58,724 bases of DNA, taken from contig JANXRL010000157.1 of NCBI GenBank assembly GCA_025352985.1, positions 1 through 58,724 on the forward strand, given 5' to 3'. This stretch comes from Verrucomicrobiota bacterium (GTDB taxonomy: Bacteria; Verrucomicrobiota; Verrucomicrobiia; Opitutales; Opitutaceae). Shown in pieces: positions 56,543 to 58,724 of the stretch. Each line of letters starts with the position of its first letter. Positions within the stretch are counted from its first letter, which is position 1. A program made the translations under genes and the position numbers. The notes below the pieces were generated by a model, which was not told the DNA's origin, did no database searches, and was given only the letters and a program-made list of their open reading frames with translations.

Positions 56543-57160
56543 ATGTCGCTTTCCTACCAGCACGTCTTCGTGCCCGGCACCGATCCTGCCGCCCCCCCCT
56601 TGTTGCTCCTCCACGGCACCGGCGGCGACGAAAACGACCTGCTCGACCTCGGCCGCCAGCTCTCGCCCGGCTCGGCCTTGCTCAGCCCGCGCGGCGACGT
56701 CTCCGAGCGCGGCGCCCCGCGCTTCTTCCGGCGCTTCGCCGAAGGTGTTTTTGACCTCGCCGACATTCGCGCGCGCGCCCTAGCGCTGGCCGAATTCGCC
56801 ACCGCCGCCTCGAAACACTACGGCTTCGACGCCGCTTGTCTCACCGCCGTCGGCTTCTCCAACGGCGCCAACATCGCCGCCGCTCTCCTCCAGCTCCGCC
56901 CCGAAGTCCTCGCCGCAGCCGTCCTGCTCCGCGCGATGGTTGTGCTCGACCAACCGGCCGCCCCCGCCTCGCTCGCCGGCAAACGCGTGCTCTTGGCCAA
57001 CGGCACCCTCGATCCGATCGTGCCCGCCGACCACCCGCCCCGCCTCGCCTCCCTGCTCCGCGCCGGCGGCGCCGATGTGACCTTGCATACGACCGAGGCC
57101 GGACACGGCCTGACGCGCGCCGATCTCGCCGCCGCGCGGGATTTTTTTATTCGCCGTTAG
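56543..57160 (+). CDS. Alpha/beta hydrolase (MhqD-like carboxylesterase)
   Basis: LLHGTGG, GFSNG nucleophile elbow, DP and GH triad residues. Confidence 0.9.
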   Translation: MSLSYQHVFVPGTDPAAPPLLLLHGTGGDENDLLDLGRQLSPGSALLSPRGDVSERGAPRFFRRFAEGVFDLADIRARALALAEFATAASKHYGFDAACLTAVGFSNGANIAAALLQLRPEVLAAAVLLRAMVVLDQPAAPASLAGKRVLLANGTLDPIVPADHPPRLASLLRAGGADVTLHTTEAGHGLTRADLAAARDFFIRR

Positions 57161-57194
57161 ACATTGGGTTCCCATGGTCCATGGTCATTTCACC

Positions 57195-58181
57195 ATGACA
57201 ATGCTCTACCGCCCCCTTGGCCGCTCCGGTCTTCAAGTCAGCGCGCTGTCCTTCGGCGCCTGGGTCACCTTCGGCAAACAGATCGGCGACCCCGTCGCCA
57301 AGAAACTCCTCCACACCGCCTACGACGCCGGCATTAATTTCTTCGATAACGCCGAGGCCTACGCCGACGGCAAAGCGGAGCTCGTGATGGGCGACATCCT
57401 CAAAAAAAGCGGCTGGCGGCGCAGCAGCTACGTCGTTTCCTCCAAGGCCTTCTTCGGCTGGGAAGACGACAAGCCCAACCAGACCGGCCTCTCCCGCAAA
57501 CACCTCGTCGAAGCCTGTCACGACGCCCTCAAGCGCCTCCAAGTTGACTACCTCGACCTTTACTACTGCCACCGTCCCGATCCCGCCACGCCCATCGCCG
57601 AGACTTGCCGCGCGATGCACGACCTGATCGTGCAGGGCAAAGTCCTCTACTGGGGCACCAGCGAATGGTCCGCCGCCCAGCTCACCGAGGCCTTCGCGAT
57701 CTGCGACCAGCACAACTTCCACGCACCGGTCACCGAACAGCCCCAATACAATCTCTTCCACCGCGCCCGCTTCGAAAAAGAATACGCCCCGCTCTTCAAG
57801 GCGCGCGGCCTCGGCACCACCATCTGGTCGCCCCTCGCCAGCGGCCTGCTGACCGGCAAATACAACGACGGCGTCCCCGCCGGCTCGCGCCTCGACACCC
57901 CGGGCATGGAATGGCTCCGCGATGCCGTCCTCGGCGCAGGCTTGAAGCAGAAACTCGCCGCCGTCAAAAAATTCGCCGCCCTCGCTAAGGACCTCGACAC
58001 CACCCTGCCCCGCCTCGGCGTCGCCTGGTGCCTTAAAAATCCCCACGTCAGCACGGTCATCCTCGGCGCCTCCCGCCCCGAGCAGCTCGTGGAAAACCTC
58101 GGCGCGCTCGACGTCGTCCCTCTGCTGACGCCCGCCGTTCTCAAGAAACTCAACACGATCTCACAACCGGTCTCCTCCTGA
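57195..58181 (+). CDS. Aldo/keto reductase (Kv-beta-like)
   Basis: FDNAEAY, GLSRKH, YWGTSEW and WSPLASG motifs; start at 57195 or 57201. Confidence 0.92.
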   Translation: MTMLYRPLGRSGLQVSALSFGAWVTFGKQIGDPVAKKLLHTAYDAGINFFDNAEAYADGKAELVMGDILKKSGWRRSSYVVSSKAFFGWEDDKPNQTGLSRKHLVEACHDALKRLQVDYLDLYYCHRPDPATPIAETCRAMHDLIVQGKVLYWGTSEWSAAQLTEAFAICDQHNFHAPVTEQPQYNLFHRARFEKEYAPLFKARGLGTTIWSPLASGLLTGKYNDGVPAGSRLDTPGMEWLRDAVLGAGLKQKLAAVKKFAALAKDLDTTLPRLGVAWCLKNPHVSTVILGASRPEQLVENLGALDVVPLLTPAVLKKLNTISQPVSS

Positions 58182-58185
58182 TCCC

Positions 58186-58698
58186 ATGCCGGCCGGCCCC
58201 CGCTTTTTCCTTTCGGAAAACGGCCTGCGGACCGGCCCGCACAGCCTTGCCGTCCTCAAGCAAAAAGCCGAAATCGGCGTGCTTCGGGCCGACGCCTCGA
58301 TCGCCCCCGAATCAGAACCCGACGATTGGAGCCCGATCCACGAATCCCAAGTCCTGTCCGAAGAATTGTTTCCCGCCCGCCGCCAGTTCGCGCTGGGCGC
58401 TCGTCCGGTCGAGATCGCCAACACCGCCCATCTGATCGCCTCTCCGAGCGTGGATGAAATCCTCCGCTCCAATCTCGCCCGGCAGCAGGCCGTCGAAGGC
58501 GAATTGTTAAAACCCGTTCCACCCCGCTCCAACAAGCGGCGCAAAGATTATCTCATCCTCGCGGGCAGCATTAACGCCATCGTAGCGATCCGCCTTCTGC
58601 AAGGCGCGCCGCCCTTCGATCCGTTCCTCGTCGGCTTTTTTGCAATGGGCAACATCAGCCTCGTCTGGGTCATGTTTTTCGTGATGGACCGCTATTGA
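58186..58698 (+). CDS. GYF_2 (DUF4339)-like domain membrane protein
   Basis: ENGLRTGPHSLAVLKQ..DWSPI pattern; two C-terminal TM helices. Confidence 0.65.
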   Translation: MPAGPRFFLSENGLRTGPHSLAVLKQKAEIGVLRADASIAPESEPDDWSPIHESQVLSEELFPARRQFALGARPVEIANTAHLIASPSVDEILRSNLARQQAVEGELLKPVPPRSNKRRKDYLILAGSINAIVAIRLLQGAPPFDPFLVGFFAMGNISLVWVMFFVMDRY

Positions 58699-58702
58699 CC
58701 CA

Positions 58703-58724
58703 GGAGGGCGGACCTCCCGGTCCG
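58703..58724 (+). repeat. REP-like hairpin cut by the window edge
   Basis: GGAGGG followed by CGGACC-TCCC-GGTCCG. Confidence 0.35.

Noticed and set aside
57161-57194. CCATGGT-like repeats before the AKR gene
   Set aside because: Too short and degenerate to call.

Overview
GC-rich bacterial chromosomal window. The PEP-CTERM/autotransporter-repeat surface protein, SHD1 protein and gene content suggest Verrucomicrobiota (Opitutaceae-like); this is an inference. Housekeeping genes: ppdK 3' part, uup, pgl, SRP RNA ffs, leuA, an lptF/G-family permease, rlmN, metF, yciH, sucA-sucB-lpdA and rpiB. Accessory blocks: (1) a decayed zone after ppdK with an SDR, LysR and GH30 pseudogenes and two displaced ppdK fragments; (2) a 1552-aa PEP-CTERM protein with an internal duplication; (3) an ECF sigma/anti-sigma operon; (4) a Ni/Co/Cu block (rcnA, RcnR/CsoR repressor, small Cys protein, CorE-like Cys-tailed ECF sigma, copA); (5) a vapBC pair. 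The most notable feature is a ~17-kb xanthomonadin/aryl-polyene-like type II PKS-lipid cluster (17795-35087). It encodes two tandem flavin-dependent halogenase-like enzymes, two ACPs, two KS plus a CLF, two acyltransferases, GT2, LolA-like and MMPL exporters, an AMP-ligase, a PAP2-deacetylase fusion, a chorismatase and an adjacent antiporter, but no ketoreductase or dehydratase. Several small repeat families occur, including a palindromic doublet translated in frame inside the AMP-ligase. All calls come from motif recognition by eye; no database searches were run.
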